Part shown: piece by piece, positions 12,288 through 27,224 of the stretch
Layout: the number at the start of each line of letters is the position of its first letter
Numbering within the stretch: the first letter of the stretch is position 1
Assembly: GCF_009914755.1 (NCBI RefSeq)
Contig: NC_060934.1
Length of the DNA: 64,000 nucleotides
DNA from: the human T2T-CHM13v2.0 reference genome, Homo sapiens
Strand: one strand, 5' to 3'
Notes under the pieces: model-generated
What the model was told of the DNA's origin: nothing
Database searches by the model: none
Seen by the model: only the letters and a program-made list of their open reading frames with translations
Translations under genes and position numbers: made by a program

Positions 12288-15200
12288 ATGATGCCTTCCA
12301 CACCTGTGAGAGCTCTTTCTAACAGGCACTTGTGAAAACTTTCCACCTGTTGTCTACTGGGACTGGTTGTGAGACTGGTGGAGTCGGGGGCTGAGCCTGG
12401 GCCCAGGAGGGGCCTGCCTGTCTACTGGAAACCCTCTCTTCCTAGGGTCTCAGCCACCCCGCCTGCAGGCTCACCTGGAGCACCAGCTCAGAGGCCTCTT
12501 CTCTGTGGGTTTCGGTTCCAGTATTTATCAGACTCTCCCAGCTGTGGTGGGAACATGCTGAGGACAGAGGGTCTCTGGGGAGAGGAAGAGGGACAGGCTG
12601 AGACTATTCTGGGGTAGCTGTGCCGGCAATTCCTGGAATTTCGGGGCCGCTGGAGCACGCAGTGCTGTTTCTTGGGCAGCTCTTAGCAGTGCTGACAGGC
12701 CGTGCTGTTTATAGCCGCACTGAAGGTCAGGCAAGCCTCCGAGGGCTTCAGTGGGGCTGGCAGGGGCCTCCCTGCAACATCTATCAACAGGGGAAGATAA
12801 ACGGCCAGAGGCTCAGAGGCTCACAGCTGGGGAATGCATTCTTAGAGGTCCCCCAGGCCAGGTCCTCCGGGCTGCTCAGAACTGCATCTAACTCTGTGAG
12901 GGATCCAAAAGGAGAGGACATGAGGCTGGCTGGGTCCTGGGGAATGAATTGGACCCTTGGAGGCCCCTGGGCCAGGACACCGTGCAAGGGCAGCTGCATA
13001 AGCAGCCCCAGGGCTCCGGGCCTACAGATATTGTGGGGTAGCCAGTGTCAGGACTGCAGGGCTGTTTGAGAAAGGCTGGGCCAGGCTCTGCTGGGGGCTA
13101 GCTCCCCAATTCCCTGAGTCTCCTTCCCTTTCTGCATGGTCCCCTCTCATCCAGAGGCTGCCCCTGACTGCAAAGACCCTCCTCTACACTGAGCCCTCCC
13201 ACCCCCAAACACAGCTTTGGCACCCCTTTGGGACCAGGCTCCACCTCTGCCCAGGAACCATCCTTGGACACAAGAAAGGGCCTTGCTGGGGGCCCTTGAG
13301 AGCCAGTGCCCATGAGGGCATTTTATTGGCCACACCCAAGACCCAAATGGAACTGTGGACCTGGACAGGAGGAAGAGAGGCAGGAGAGACTCAAGAGACA
13401 CTTGAGGAAAGCCAGGGGAGGTGTGGTCAGCTAGAGAGGGGGCAGTGACCCGTGGCTTTGGACACAGAAGGTCATTGATATGCGTGGAATAATGGGGCCA
13501 AAGGCAGACGGCTGTGTGTGAGCAGGTGGGAGGCAGCGGCAGTGGGGGCAGGATGTGTGGGTCGCTTCTTGGAGGAGTCTGGAGGTGCAGAAAGGAGACA
13601 TGACAGGAGCCAGTTGGAGCCACCCAGGCAGGCAGGGAGAGGCTTTTTGAGCATTGAGGGGACTCCGGCTTATTTATCGGCCAGGGTGGAGTTGGGGAGT
13701 GGGACCACGGGGAGACAGAAGGTTCCAGTGAGAGGGTGAGCATGAGCAAAGCCCCAGGGGAGGCCAGATGGGAAGGCAGCAGAGCAGGACAAGACAGTAA
13801 TTTAATCATACAATGAAAATGCACTTTGTCCCACCTGCCCCAACCCAGGCAGGCAGCCTGGGAGTGTGGGGAGGGGGAGCTGCTGAAACTTGTACCCTTC
13901 CTACTTATCTGCCACCTGCCCCAGCCTCCACCCACCACATCTACACTGGCACATCTAGAAGAGGAGGAAGGCAGGGGCCTGCCTGGTTTGAACACCGGGA
14001 GTGAATGATGGCCAGAAACGTCTGCAGAGCCCAGCTGCTCTCTCTGCTGCCAGGGAACTGGGGAAATAGGAGCCGATGGCATGGGTGCGTCTGAAGCCTC
14101 ACTGGCGCCTTCTTTCCCCTGGGCCTTTGACAGAACTTTCCTCCCCTCCCCACAACACCCAGGCCCCTCTAGGGACAGCAGGCTGGCTCAGAACTGGTCA
14201 GTCAGGGCTGGCTCCTCAAGCTCCACCCTCTGCCAGCTGTGGATCTTGTTTCCTGTGGAGCCCGGGGATGTAGCCAGCCAGCCTCGCACCTTCTGGGGGT
14301 AGCAGATGGGGTCAGCACTGTGCCTCCTGGATTTGGAGTCTTCCTGAAACTCTCTCAGCTCTGCACCCTCCTTACATAATCCCCTGTTTAACGACATAAT
14401 CCTCACAACAATCCCGAGAAAGGCATTGTCATTCTCTTGACACTGGAGGGCTTGGAGGCTGGCACCGAAGTCAGGGGCCCGGCCCATACTGGCACCTGTG
14501 CTCCTCCTTTGCTGCCTCCCCGCCCCCAGCCCCCAGCACTCACAAGTGGCTCTGGCACCAGCTCTCCCTGGGCTGCCCTTGGAGGTGCCCTAAGACCTTG
14601 GCCCAGCAAGGCGGAAGGGCTCCTGGGGGCAGGGAGCTGATCTTGGCCTCCAAACACCTGCAGCCTTTCTTGGGGGCTTTGGAGACAGGAGCTCGGTGCC
14701 CCACCCTGAGGCCATTCTAGGCTGCACCCAGGGTTGGGTTTCCAGGGTTTAGAGGGGCCCATTGGCGGGAGAAGACTGAAATGTGAAGTGGGAATGAAAC
14801 ACTCATTCAAGGGAGGCATTTAAATGCTCAAAGGCGGCTAGAAAGATTAAAAAGAAAAAACCACAGCTCCAAGGAGTTGGGTGCTTTGGGCCCTTTCTGA
14901 AACACAGAAAGGAAAGAGGAGGATGGAGTCAGACAAGACAGACGTGGAAGCATCGTGCCTGGACTGCACTCTCCATGAGCCCTGGACTCTGGGCAAGGGT
15001 CTGAGGGTGCCCCCCTCCAACCCACCCAGGCAGGCTGCTCCTGAGGTGGGGTGAAGGCATCCGATGGCTCCTGATCATCCATAGGGTCCCTGCCTCCATC
15101 CTGCCTGAAGCACCTCCCTAGAGGAGGATATCAGCACCCCCAGCCCCCACCCTGAGGGATGTTGGACCCTACTCAGGGCAGCCAAAGGCCAGGCCAGCTG

Positions 15201-15799
15201 AGCCCTGACAAGCAGACACAGCTGCAGGGGAGAGGCACTGGGCAGGGGATCCAGCTCAGCCACTTCCCTCTGGTCAGAGGCTTGGCTACTGACCAGACCC
15301 CAGGAGGCTGAGCTCTCCCTTGGGAGCAAGCATCCCCCCCGGCCCATACCTGAGGATGAGGGAGAGCCAGGCAGGTCTAGGTGAGGGGAAGTGAGGAGAC
15401 CTGGCGGGGAGGGCTGGTGCCCGCTGACCCATGCCTGTGGGAGAAAGATGTCTCTGAGGCAGCTCCAGAGGGAGGACAGTCAGATAGCCCTGCAGAGGGC
15501 CCCTCTGATCTGGCCCCGGCCTCCCTTGGATATCATTCTGTTGCCCTTGCTCATGCTGTCATCATGATCTTCTGGACACAACTCCCATCTTTCCTGTCAG
15601 CATCTCCTCTGTGACTGAGGTCACAGCCTTTCTGCGTGGGGTCTGCAATGACCCAGCCCTGCAGGGGGACGACCCCTTCTCTGTAGGTGGGCATTTGGGG
15701 GTGCCCTGCCGTGAGAGAGCCTTGCTGTGGGGGTGTCCTGCTGTGGGGGAGCCCCATGGGCAGTTCACTAGGACAGAACAGACATTGCAAAATTCGCCC

Positions 15800-16010
15800 T
15801 GGAAAGAAGTATGCTGGTACCTGCAACTTTCTTTGAAATGCCCGGCAAATGAGATGGATTGATGGATGTGGAGGGATGGAGTGTGATAAAGCAAAGCGAG
15901 TGAAATGTTATGGTACAGCCATGGTGGCGGGTGTTCAGGTGTACACTTTAGAATGTTTTCTACTTTTCCTGCCTAGAAATCTGCAAAAATGTCTATAATA
16001 AAATGTTGGG
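15800..16010 (+). mobile_element. Old L1 (L1ME-like) 3' end fragment
   Basis: Resembles the L1ME 3' UTR terminus, ending tataataaaatgttgggg. Confidence 0.5.
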
Positions 16011-16429
16011 GATCACATAGAGGAGTAGGGAAAGTTGATTTTCTGCAGGACAGGCCTGGCTGGGCAGCTCAACTTGCCCCCAGGAGTCCCCTCTCAGTCT
16101 AGAAAACTCTTTTGCTTTCCTTCACTGATGTTGGTTTTTACACTTTGTTCACCTCTACACTCAAGGCAGCAATACACTCCTGTCATTAATAGAGGCTATG
16201 GCAATGAGTCTGGGGGTAAGGGCTATGTGTATTTTAAGAAATCTCAAGTAGCTCTAAGATGCCCCTGCGGGGCCTGGAGGGCAAGCTGGACTTTGCAAAG
16301 CAGATGCTGTGGCTTCCTGGCAGTCCAGACGTCTGTTTCTATATTGTCCTTTCCTGTCTCTGCAGATTCCAGGGCAGGGGAAGGGGCGCTGTGGGCACAA
16401 GGTGGCCAGTATTTTAAGAGGGCACCACA

Positions 16430-16750
16430 GGCTGGGTGTGGTGGCTCATGTCTGTAATCCCAGCACTTTGGGAGGCTGAGGCAGGCCAATCACTTGAGGT
16501 CAGGAGTTGAAGACCAGCCTGGCCAACATGGTAAAACCCCCTTTCTACTAAAAATACAAAAATTAGCCGGGCATGGTGGCATGCGCTTGTGGTCTCAGCT
16601 ACTGTGGGGAGACTGAGGCAGAAGAATCGCTTGAACCCAGGAGGCGGAGGTTGCAGTGAGCCGAGATGATGCCATTGCACTCCAGCCTGGGCATCAGAGC
16701 AAGACCCTGTCTCAAAAAAAAAAAAAAAAAAGAGAAAGAAAAAAAAAAAA
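16430..16750 (+). mobile_element. Alu (AluS-like)
   Basis: Full dimer with long A tail; TSD AAGAGGGCACCA at 16416 and 16749. Confidence 0.95.
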
Positions 16751-18184
16751 GAGGGCACCATAGCGCCTAGGGCTGAAATGGCAGGTTCACAGCAATTGGA
16801 GAGGGCTGTCCTGGTCTTGCTGTCATCACCCACGTGGTGTAGGGCAGTGTTTCCGTGACCCGTAATGTGGTCGTGCAGAAACAATTCAGTTCCTGGGCTG
16901 CATCTGCAGAGCCCATCTGGGAATGGGCTGGACACTGGTGACTGGTGACTGCAGGGCATCCTGGTTTGGAAGGGGCTTCCCTGTGAGGGGACTGGCAGGA
17001 GCTTCCACCCATGTCTGTAAGCCCAGAGCCTGGCCAGAGGCCCACCCAGGCTTGGCACCTGGGGCAAGGGACTGTCCCCAGAGCCTCTCTGGGCTCCTTC
17101 TAGGATGGTTCTCGGGCCTTGGCCTGAATCTAGCTTCTGCCAACACTAGGAGCTGGCTTGGTCCTTGGGTTATAGCCAGGAAGGTGACTGGGATGTGCCC
17201 AGAGAAGCCCAGAGGACTGGCTGGTGGGCATGTTTGGGAGGCAAAGCCAAGGAACACTTCCAGCCACAGCTTGTAGGGGGTGGGGTCCGGAGCCTCCTCT
17301 TTCCTGTGATGTCCCTGAAGGCCAGGCCTGCATGGCACTCCTCATGATGTCATGGGGGTTGGGGACCTCCAACATGGTATGGTGGGAGTCAGGTCATAAA
17401 GCCATTCTATGTGATATTAGCAGGGGCCAGCCCATTCCATGTGATGTCACAGAGGGTACAGCCAGAGTCTCTGGCATTCCATGAGGTATCTTTAGGGGTG
17501 GGGCTGCTAATGTCACTAGGGGCCAGCCATCAAGCCTTTTTAGGTGACATTATTAGAACCTCTGAAATTTTGCATCTCATGTGATATTACTGTGGGCAGG
17601 GCCACCAAAGCATTCAGTGTGCTATTACTGGAGGCCGGGGGTGCAGAATTTGGCATCGTGCATGATGTCCCCAAGAGTGCAGTCTGAGCCACGATGACAT
17701 CCCAAGTAATGTCCCAGGAGGTGTGGCCTTCCTGAGGTTCCATGGGGAATTCCCGGGATGGAGTTGCAGTGGCATTCTGTGTGGTTACACTGAAGATGGG
17801 GCCTCCAGACTGTAACATTCTGTGGTATTATCGGGGCTCAGGGTTTGGGAACTGGCCCCCGCACCTGCACCCTGCCTTCTGGAGGTATGACATCAACTAC
17901 AGAACCCTAAGCCCTGCCCCATTTCCCAGCTAAGTTTGCTCATCCAGGCAGGGTTGTCGGCTACCTCACTCTCTCCACATCTGCCAGGTAGCACAAAGCA
18001 CCTGGCACTAAGATGCTTTTGAGTGGGTGCATTTATCCTGCCCTTCAGCCTGGCAGTGTCTCTGGGATGCTGCTGTGTCTTAGCTGCTGCATCTCCCTTT
18101 TCTCCTGGAGTCTGAAAAGTGCTCCATAGCTTTGCAGGGTGCAGGGGTTATAAGAGGCTAATCAAGGTTACAAATAGCCTGCAG

Positions 18185-19089
<905 letters not shown>

Positions 19090-19390
19090 CAGCCTCCAAA
19101 CCTTAATGGCTCAGAACAACAAAAGTTTCTCATTCATGCAACGTCCAATACAGTGCTCCTTAATCATCTCTCCTCCTCTCCATGCCCTGCATTCAGTCAG
19201 TCAACAAGCAGAGAGTGTGCAGGATCACAAGGATGGTTGCTAGAGGCAGACCTGGAAGGAGCATACATTGCTTCCACCCTCATTCAGTTGGCCAGAGCTA
19301 GTCCCAAGGCTGCAGTCAGACACAAAGCTCTAAGCAATGTGGTAGTCATGTGCCGGAAAGAGGAACTAGGCTTGGTTAGCAGCTGGTACT
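19090..19390. mobile_element. MLT1-like (MaLR LTR) fragment
   Basis: Motifs such as ctcattcagttggccagagctagtcccaaggc and aatggctcagaacaacaaaagttt resemble MLT1 LTRs. Confidence 0.45.
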
Positions 19391-19398
19391 GGCCGTAG

Positions 19399-19671
<273 letters not shown>

Positions 19672-20233
19672 TAGGTGGGAGCTCTCCAGAGCAGGGGGCG
19701 GAGGTTTGGGTGTGGGCATGGGGCAGGGGCCAAAAGAGGGATTGTCCCATAGCAATTGAGTGGGCCCCGCCCTGGGCTACAAAACTGTGCAGGAAGATAA
19801 GGACAGCCCTGGGCCAGAGGAATGAACAGGCCCAAGTCGCTGTCAAGCACCTAGAGGCAGACATTACTGCCTCACTTTACAGTTAAGGCAGAGATGGTGG
19901 TCCTGGTGCTGCCCGTACGTGGGCCATTGGTCCTGGAAGGCAGGTCTTACCTACTTCCACTTTGCCCAGGCAGCCCCCAGTGACGTAGCAGGGGCCCATG
20001 GATTCTGACCAAAATGCCCAGGGGCCATGATTTCTCCATCCTCGTCGGGCCCAGGGCCTTCTTGGGGAGATCCAGCCCATGGGGTGGACAGTGGATCTGG
20101 GGCCCTCTGACTCAGCTATCTCTGAGAGCTGACTCTGGCTCTCTCTTGCTCTCTCCTCACCAGCCCTGCCCAGGCAGGAGCTTCTGGCCCCAGGGGCAAC
20201 TTCCTCACCTGGTCTCATTTCTGGTTTCTACAG

Positions 20234-20309
20234 ATCAAAGCGTCCCATTCCCATCTCCACGACAGCACCTCCAGTCCAGACCCCTCTGCCGGTGATCCCT
20301 CACCAGAAG
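20234..20309 (+). CDS. LDB3: LDB3 exon (76 nt)
   Basis: ctacag|A acceptor and AAG|gtaggt donor. Translates [25 protein letters not shown]. Confidence 0.95.
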
Positions 20310-21545
20310 GTAGGTGCTGACTGTGGCGGCGGGGTCCACTCAGCCCTGGTTCCTGGAGTGCTGGCCCTGGCCAGCCTGCCTGGTCTTTGGCTGGCCCAAC
20401 TGGGATGAGGCCGTGGGATCAGCCCTGCCCCATCCCTGCCCCTGCTGCAGCTGACCCTGGGGAAGTGAGGCAGCCCCTTGGGAGAGACTTTCAAGCCCCT
20501 GTTGAACACTGGATGTGGGAATGAATGCCTGCCTGGGTGCAAGCCACCTCCGCTATGCCTCGTGGCTGGGCTGATAGGAAGCCAGCTTGGGCAGCAGTGT
20601 TCCCAGGAGAGGGGTCACCCTCCTGGCCAGGCAGGGGACGAGCGTCCAGGCTCTGACCTTCATTTGCCAAGGGGGCCACCGCTGGGTGACTGTGGCTGAG
20701 GCCCAGCTTGACGAGGACCTCCAGGTGTGGAGGGGCCTGCTGGCCTCACCCAGATCTCTCCCTCTGGTTTCCACTTCCCCACCTGCCCCTCCCAAGTGCA
20801 TTCCCCTGTAGCCCTTAGGACGTGCTGGCAATGGCAGGCACAGGGGAGAAGGGAGGCCAAGCCCTGGCTCCAGACCTCACCACTGCCTAGGCCCTTCCCA
20901 AGGCCCCGCCAAGCAGCTCAACCCCCGAGGGCTCCCTGCTCAACTTCTCCCCCTATGTGAACTGATAGTGACCCCACCTGTCCAATGGGGCAGATTGGGC
21001 AGGGCAGTGGGGAGAGGGGAGAAAAAGAGGCTGACAGGGGTGGGGTAGGTCACAGACTGGGGAAGTGGGTGGAGGGCTGCTTGGGAGATGCTTGCAGAGG
21101 TAGACTGAGGGGCCCAAATGTGAGCTACCCAATTCCTCAGCTTCCCTCCTCACCTCCCCACCACCTGCCCACAACCAGCCCAGGAACTTCATCTCACTGG
21201 CAGTGTGGGGTCAGTGGAGCAGGAGGCTGGGCTGTGCCCACTGGGCACCCACTCTCAGGGGCAGGGGGAACAGACACAGAACAGGCCATCCCCTGACCCC
21301 TACACCCACTTCCTCGGGCCCTGGGGGCAGGAAGCTTGGCTTGGCTTCCATGCAGGGCTTGGCACTCTGCCCAGCTGGATGCCAGCCTCAGGCCAGGCCA
21401 GGAGCCATGTGCCTGCCTGCTCCTCCACCAGTGTCCTCCCCTCCAAGTGCTGCGCCCAGGCGCTCTGGGCTTCAGGCTGCGGGGCTCGCGCTAACACATC
21501 TGTTTCAGGTCCACGCAGGAGCGCTGGGACGCGTGTGGCCTCTAA

Positions 21546-21956
<411 letters not shown>

Positions 21957-22164
21957 TAGGTAACGGACATACAGCTCTCCACAGGTGGCCTGGGCCACCT
22001 GGGTCCTCGGTGCTCGGCAGAGACCTGGTCAGGTGGTCAGAGCGAGGCACTGGCCCCAATCCAGCCAGCCCCGAGCCCATGAGGTCAGCAGTGATCCTGC
22101 GGCATTTGCCATGAGCCGGGCATGCTAGCGATTTATACAACCAACCACGCTGGGGTGACATGTC

Positions 22165-22290
22165 GGATTTTGCAGAGGAGGAAACTGAGGCTCAGAGAAG
22201 GTTAAGTCACAGTCCGTTTGTCCAGCTACCATGTGGCCGAGCCAGTCCTGAATTCAGGAGATTCTGACTTCCAACACTTTTTCACTAGGC
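22165..22290 (-). mobile_element. MIR fragment
   Basis: Core sequence gaggaaactgaggctcagagaaggttaagt. Confidence 0.7.
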
Positions 22291-23429
22291 CACTCCCCAG
22301 AACAGGACAGCACAGCCTGCAGCCTTCAAGAGCTATGCACAGGTCCCCACCCCTCTGGGAGCTCGGAGGCAGGAGCAGGGGAGCGTTCGAGAGGTGGAAA
22401 AGCGAGTTATCTGGGACTAGGAATAGTCTGGGAAGCTGCCTGGAGGAGGGAGCCCTTGAATTGTATATGGAGAGACTCTTTGGCAGTGGCGTGCAGGGAG
22501 CGGGTTTGCAGGAGTGACCTTGGCCAGGGTGGGGTGGCGAGGAAGCAGGACCCCAAGGAGAAAGGGGCTGTGCAGGAGAACAGCAGCCTCACCCCTAAGG
22601 TCTAGCTGGCAGGACTCTGGGAGCACAGCAGGTAAAAGGACATGGGACTGGGGCACTGTAGGGGGGAGGCAAAGGAACGGAGTCCCCACACTGGGCCTGT
22701 GTTAGCTCTGAGCCCTTCACGCTTGTTCTCTCACCCTAACTTCTACTCCCGCCCTGTGCAATTGGCATAGCCCTCTCCAGGCAGGGCAGGCTGAGTCAAG
22801 GCAGTAGAGCCTAGTGGTTCAGGGTTCCTCCTCCGAATCATGGAGGAATCACACTGTCCATGTCTCAGGGTTATTGGGAGGATAAAGGGCCCAACACTTG
22901 TAAAGCTCTGAGCTTTGTCTGTCACCCACTCACTGCATGACACCTGGTATCATCACTGCCTGGAGCCACCCAGAAGAGTCACAGTAGGAATCCGGTCAGT
23001 CTGGCCCAAGCCCATGCCCTTGCCTTTGCCCTTGCAGCAGAAGGCACCTGTGCCCCATCAGGTCACTGCTCCCTGTGGCCCTCAGCTTCCCCACCCCCCC
23101 CCAGCTCTTTCTGGAATCCTCAGTGAAGCTGATCTCTGGCACCACATGGCTTGCTTCCCTTACCCAAGGTGACAGAGCCATATATGCCCCCAGGGTTCCC
23201 CAGCAAAGGACTTTTGCCAGAAAACTCAGGGAATAGTAGAACAGAGATGACCTCCTTGTCCCGCATTTGTTGGGCTGGTAGGTCTTCCTGGTCCTTTTCA
23301 GGAACTGGCCTCAGGCAGAGAGGTCAGCCTCTGGTGGCCTGGGACTCCCAGGAGACCCACCTGCAATGATGATAATGTCTCCCCATACTGACCATGCACT
23401 CTGGCTATGGACCAGCTAACAGTCCACAT

Positions 23430-23610
23430 GCCTTATCTCTCAGCAACTCTCTCTAACACAACTCTCTCTGCAACTCCAGAGGTGGGCATGATTTTCCCCA
23501 TTTTATAGCTGGAAAATAGACGCTCAGAGAGAGCAAGTAATTTGCCCAAGGTCACACAGCTAGTAAGTGGCAGACAGAACTGGCATGCAGGTCTGCCTGA
23601 CTCCACTTTG
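23430..23610 (-). mobile_element. MIR fragment
   Basis: cccattttatag...gctcagagag...ttgcccaaggtcacacagctagtaagtggcag. Confidence 0.75.
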
Positions 23611-25831
23611 CATTGAGACAGGGACTTGCTGCCTGCTCAGGGAAGTGAGGGGCCAGGCCCACCTCTGCTTCCCATAGTGCCTAAGGTACTCTGCTGTCAG
23701 TGCAGGGGCTGCCCAGACCCTGATGAATGTGTAAATTATTTCTTGGTGCTCAGAGCAGCAGAGTCTGACGTTTCCTCCAAGGGATGGTGGGCTAGGGGAG
23801 GATGTGCAGTGGGTGCTTCATCCAAAGTAAAAGCTGATGCTGCTGTCTCAGGCAATGCCGGCAGGAAGGGCTGGAGCCTCTGACCTGGGCTGGCCTAGGG
23901 CAACCTCTGCTGGGCTGAGGCCACCACCTATGCTAAGTGGGTCAGCAACAGGGTCAGCAAGGGCTAATCCCTGTGCTTATCCATGGCACACTTCTCCCAT
24001 GCTGAGCACCTTAGACTCATGACCCGTTCAGTCTGCACAACCCACCTGTGTGGTAGGCACTACCATCTCAAGAATTAGAATTAGGAAACAGGCTGGGACG
24101 GGTGGGTAATTTGCCCGGAGTCACAGTGCTAGGAAGAGGCAGGGTCACAACTTGAACTCTGTCCTGTCTGGCTCCAAAAAGAAGCCCCTTCCGCTACTCT
24201 CTCCTCTGGGCAGCTTGCAGTGCAATTCTTTGGCACCTCGTATCCTCTTGGAAGGAGGAGAGAGAAACAGATGTGGTGCAAGGGCAGACAGGCATAGGCA
24301 TCCCAGCAGCCCCCTTCTTCTCCTCCCTTCTGGGGCTGGCACTGAAGGGCAGTGCCCCTCAGGCCACTCAGTGCAAGGGCCCCTGGGCAGGTCTTACATC
24401 TTTGGCTCATCTTCCCCAAGACCCAGGCACTGGCTCCTCTCAGATGTGTCTGCTGCCGCCATCCCAGCCCCAGGTCCTGGGTGGGAGAAGCTGAGCAGGA
24501 GGCAGGAATAAATGTCAAAGAAGGAGCAGGCTGCCAAGGCAGGGCAGAGGCAGCCCCCACCCCGCCAGGCCAACACTGCCCTCTGCAGGGGGCCCTGGGC
24601 TGGTCAGGGCAAGAGATGACCCTGCAGCTGTCAGCACTGGCCAAAAATGGAGAAGGAATGGAGCTCCGTGCTGGCCCTTTCCTAATATAGCTCCACTTGC
24701 AGCTATTTTGAGCCTGGGAGGATAGAGGGAATTTTATCAGTTCTGAGGCAGTGGCGGGCCTGGGGCAGAGCAGGGCCACTGTGCTGCTCCCTGGGACCGG
24801 GGACCACTGACCTGAGCCTGGCTCCCCAGGGTTTGGCTGCAAATGACCAGGGCCAGGCTGGCCGGGGCCCAAGCTCCCCCAGCTACAGCCCACACTGGGC
24901 AGATTCAAGAAGGTGGCAGAGTTTGGGGACAGAGCCCCCCACCTTCCACACTGTCTCCCTCACAGGCCCCCGACAGGGCTGCTGGCCACAGGGTCTGCCA
25001 CTGCAGGGAATTTGCATTTAAAGAAACACGGGACAGACACTGCTTTCCCTACAGAGACCATGCTCTGGGAGGCTCACTCTCAGGTCAGAGTGAGAGGAAG
25101 GGGCCTCTCACTGTGCTGCCTCGGCTGTTGAGCTCACACTTCTCCCTGCGCCTGCTCGCTCCTCCATCCTGCCTCATTGCTGGCCCAAGGGGCCTTTAGG
25201 AGTGGCCCCTGGTGACTGTGCACCCCACTCCCCTATACCCCAAGAGGAGCAGCCAGAGCTGCCTGCGTCTCTTCTGGGAGGGAGAGGAGGTCAGGTTTGG
25301 GGGGGCATAGGAAACCCCGCACACACCCTGCCTCCTTACCACTGCAATGCCTGCTCAGGACAGAATTCCAGAGCTGCCCCCACAAAACAGACTCTTAGTC
25401 CGGAGCTGCTGACAGGCAGGGAGGCCCCTGGGCCTCAGCCTTTTCCATAGCAGCCACAGCTGGTCCTGTCTCCACCCCTAGCTTCCACTCTGGGGTCTAT
25501 AGCCAGGTTTGTATGTGGGGGATTCATGTATGCGGTACGAGTGCCCCTGAAGATAGACAAGAAAACCCTTCTTCTGGCAAAGCAGAGGGCACTGGGGACC
25601 CCTCAAGAGGGAAACATTGCTGTGTCAGTCTCTGAACCAAACCGAGGGTCCCAGTAGCTGTGATTCCCGGCTCTGAGTTCTCCCTCCTCACTCCTTGCTC
25701 TCCTCACCCATTGCGGTTTGGGCTGGTTCTGCCTCCACAATGACCAGGCTGATGATGGCCCCGGCGCTCAAACTGCCCCTGCTGGAGCCTCTCTCTGACC
25801 ACCCTGTCTTCTTTGCCCTTTTCCTCCCCAG

Positions 25832-25854
25832 GTGGTAGTCAACTCTCCAGCCAA
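25832..25854 (+). CDS. LDB3: LDB3 skeletal-type 23-nt microexon (historical exon 5; VVVNSPAN)
   Basis: Long pyrimidine tract, cccag|GTG acceptor and AA|gttagt donor. Restores frame into the 204-nt exon. Confidence 0.93.
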
Positions 25855-26687
25855 GTTAGTATCAAAGGACAGCATGTGTGTGCGCTTGCGTGCCAGCCCC
25901 AGCATGTGTCTGCGTGTGTCTGGCGTGGATAGAGTGTGCCTGCTGGCATGTGTACATGTATGTGCATATGTATGAGTGGGGTACACTTGTACCCCTGGGT
26001 GAGCCTGCATGTGTGAAGCTGGAGTAGAAGCATTTGGGGGTGGGAGTGGGGGCTCCATCCGATGGTTCTAATTTCATTCCCAATTTCCTGCTGCAGCAGC
26101 TGCTTAAGATGTGCCTGGGGTTGGTGACGGTGGCGGGCGCAGGGGGAGGGGGACACAGGCTGTGCTGCTGCTGGGCCTGTGTGAGCCTGAAGACCTTTCT
26201 GTCCTGGCGACCCCTCAGAAGGGCTGCACTGGATCTTGTCTGCCCGGGGAGCGCACCTATCCATTGGAGGGAAGAGCCTCCTGTGGGTAGAGGATGGCCA
26301 GCTACTCAGCAAACTGGACTTGAGGGGGCCTGGGCAGCTGGAGCCCTGCTCTGAGGAAGAAGCACATTCCCTGAAGCGTCTGGAAGATCAGAGCCCTGGG
26401 CCACCAAGGGGGTGGCCTGCAGGAAGAGCCCCTTCACGGAGAAACCTTGCTCAGAATCCCTGCGGGTGCCAGTGGAGCCGCTTTTCGCCTTTGGGGCATT
26501 CTGGACTCAGCTTGGGCTGCTGCTCCCGACCCCTACCCCCAGCCCCATGCCCGCGCTTCCCCTGCTGTGTGTAGTGGGAGATCTCTCTGTGCCTGGCAGC
26601 CCCTGCAGACCCTGGGAGGGAGCTCAGGCTGAGCCAGGCACTGCAGGGGATCTGGGAAAGCCAAGATGGGCAAGGAAACCCTTCTAT

Positions 26688-26993
26688 GGCCAGGAGTGGT
26701 GGCTCATGCCTGTAATCCCAACACTGTGAGAGGCCAAGGCAGAAGGATCAGCTTGAGGTCAGGAGTTCAAGACCAACCTGGGCAACATCGTGAGACTCTG
26801 TCTTTACAGAAAAAAAAAAAATAGTGGCATATGCCTGTGGTCCTAGCTACCTCAGGAGGCTGAGGTGAGAGGATCACTTGAGCCCAAGAGGTTGAGACTG
26901 GAGTGAGTGGAGATCACACCACTGCACTCCACCATGGGCGACAAAGCGAGACCCTGTATCAAAAAAAAAAAAAAAAAGAAAGAAAAAAGAAAA
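26688..26993 (+). mobile_element. Alu (AluJ-like)
   Basis: Diverged Alu dimer with A tail, about 230 bp upstream of the 204-nt exon. Confidence 0.9.
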
Positions 26994-27224
26994 CCTTCTG
27001 CTGCACTGGGCTTTGGGGGAGGGTGCCAAGGTTTTTCTTGAATACACCCAGACCACCCACCATCTGGAGACTTGTGTAGCCTATGGGGGTTCAGGGCCTC
27101 GGCTCTGGGAGATCTCTCTCGACACCCACCGCGCCCAGCCCTTGCCTTGGCCACCCATGTAACCGCCACCTGTTGCCCTTTTCTCCTCCCTCTCCCTGCC
27201 CGTACTCCCACACCCCTCCCCCAG

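Noticed and set aside
13147-14082. 311-aa minus-strand ORF
   Set aside because: Low-complexity Ser/Pro/Leu composition, no recognisable domain, antisense within an intron; likely chance.
16414-17067. ORFs containing [18 protein letters not shown]-type peptides, here and at other Alus
   Set aside because: These are translations of Alu consensus, not genes.
24129-24908. 259-aa minus-strand ORF
   Set aside because: No recognisable homology; it runs into MIR-like sequence in a GC-rich intron.
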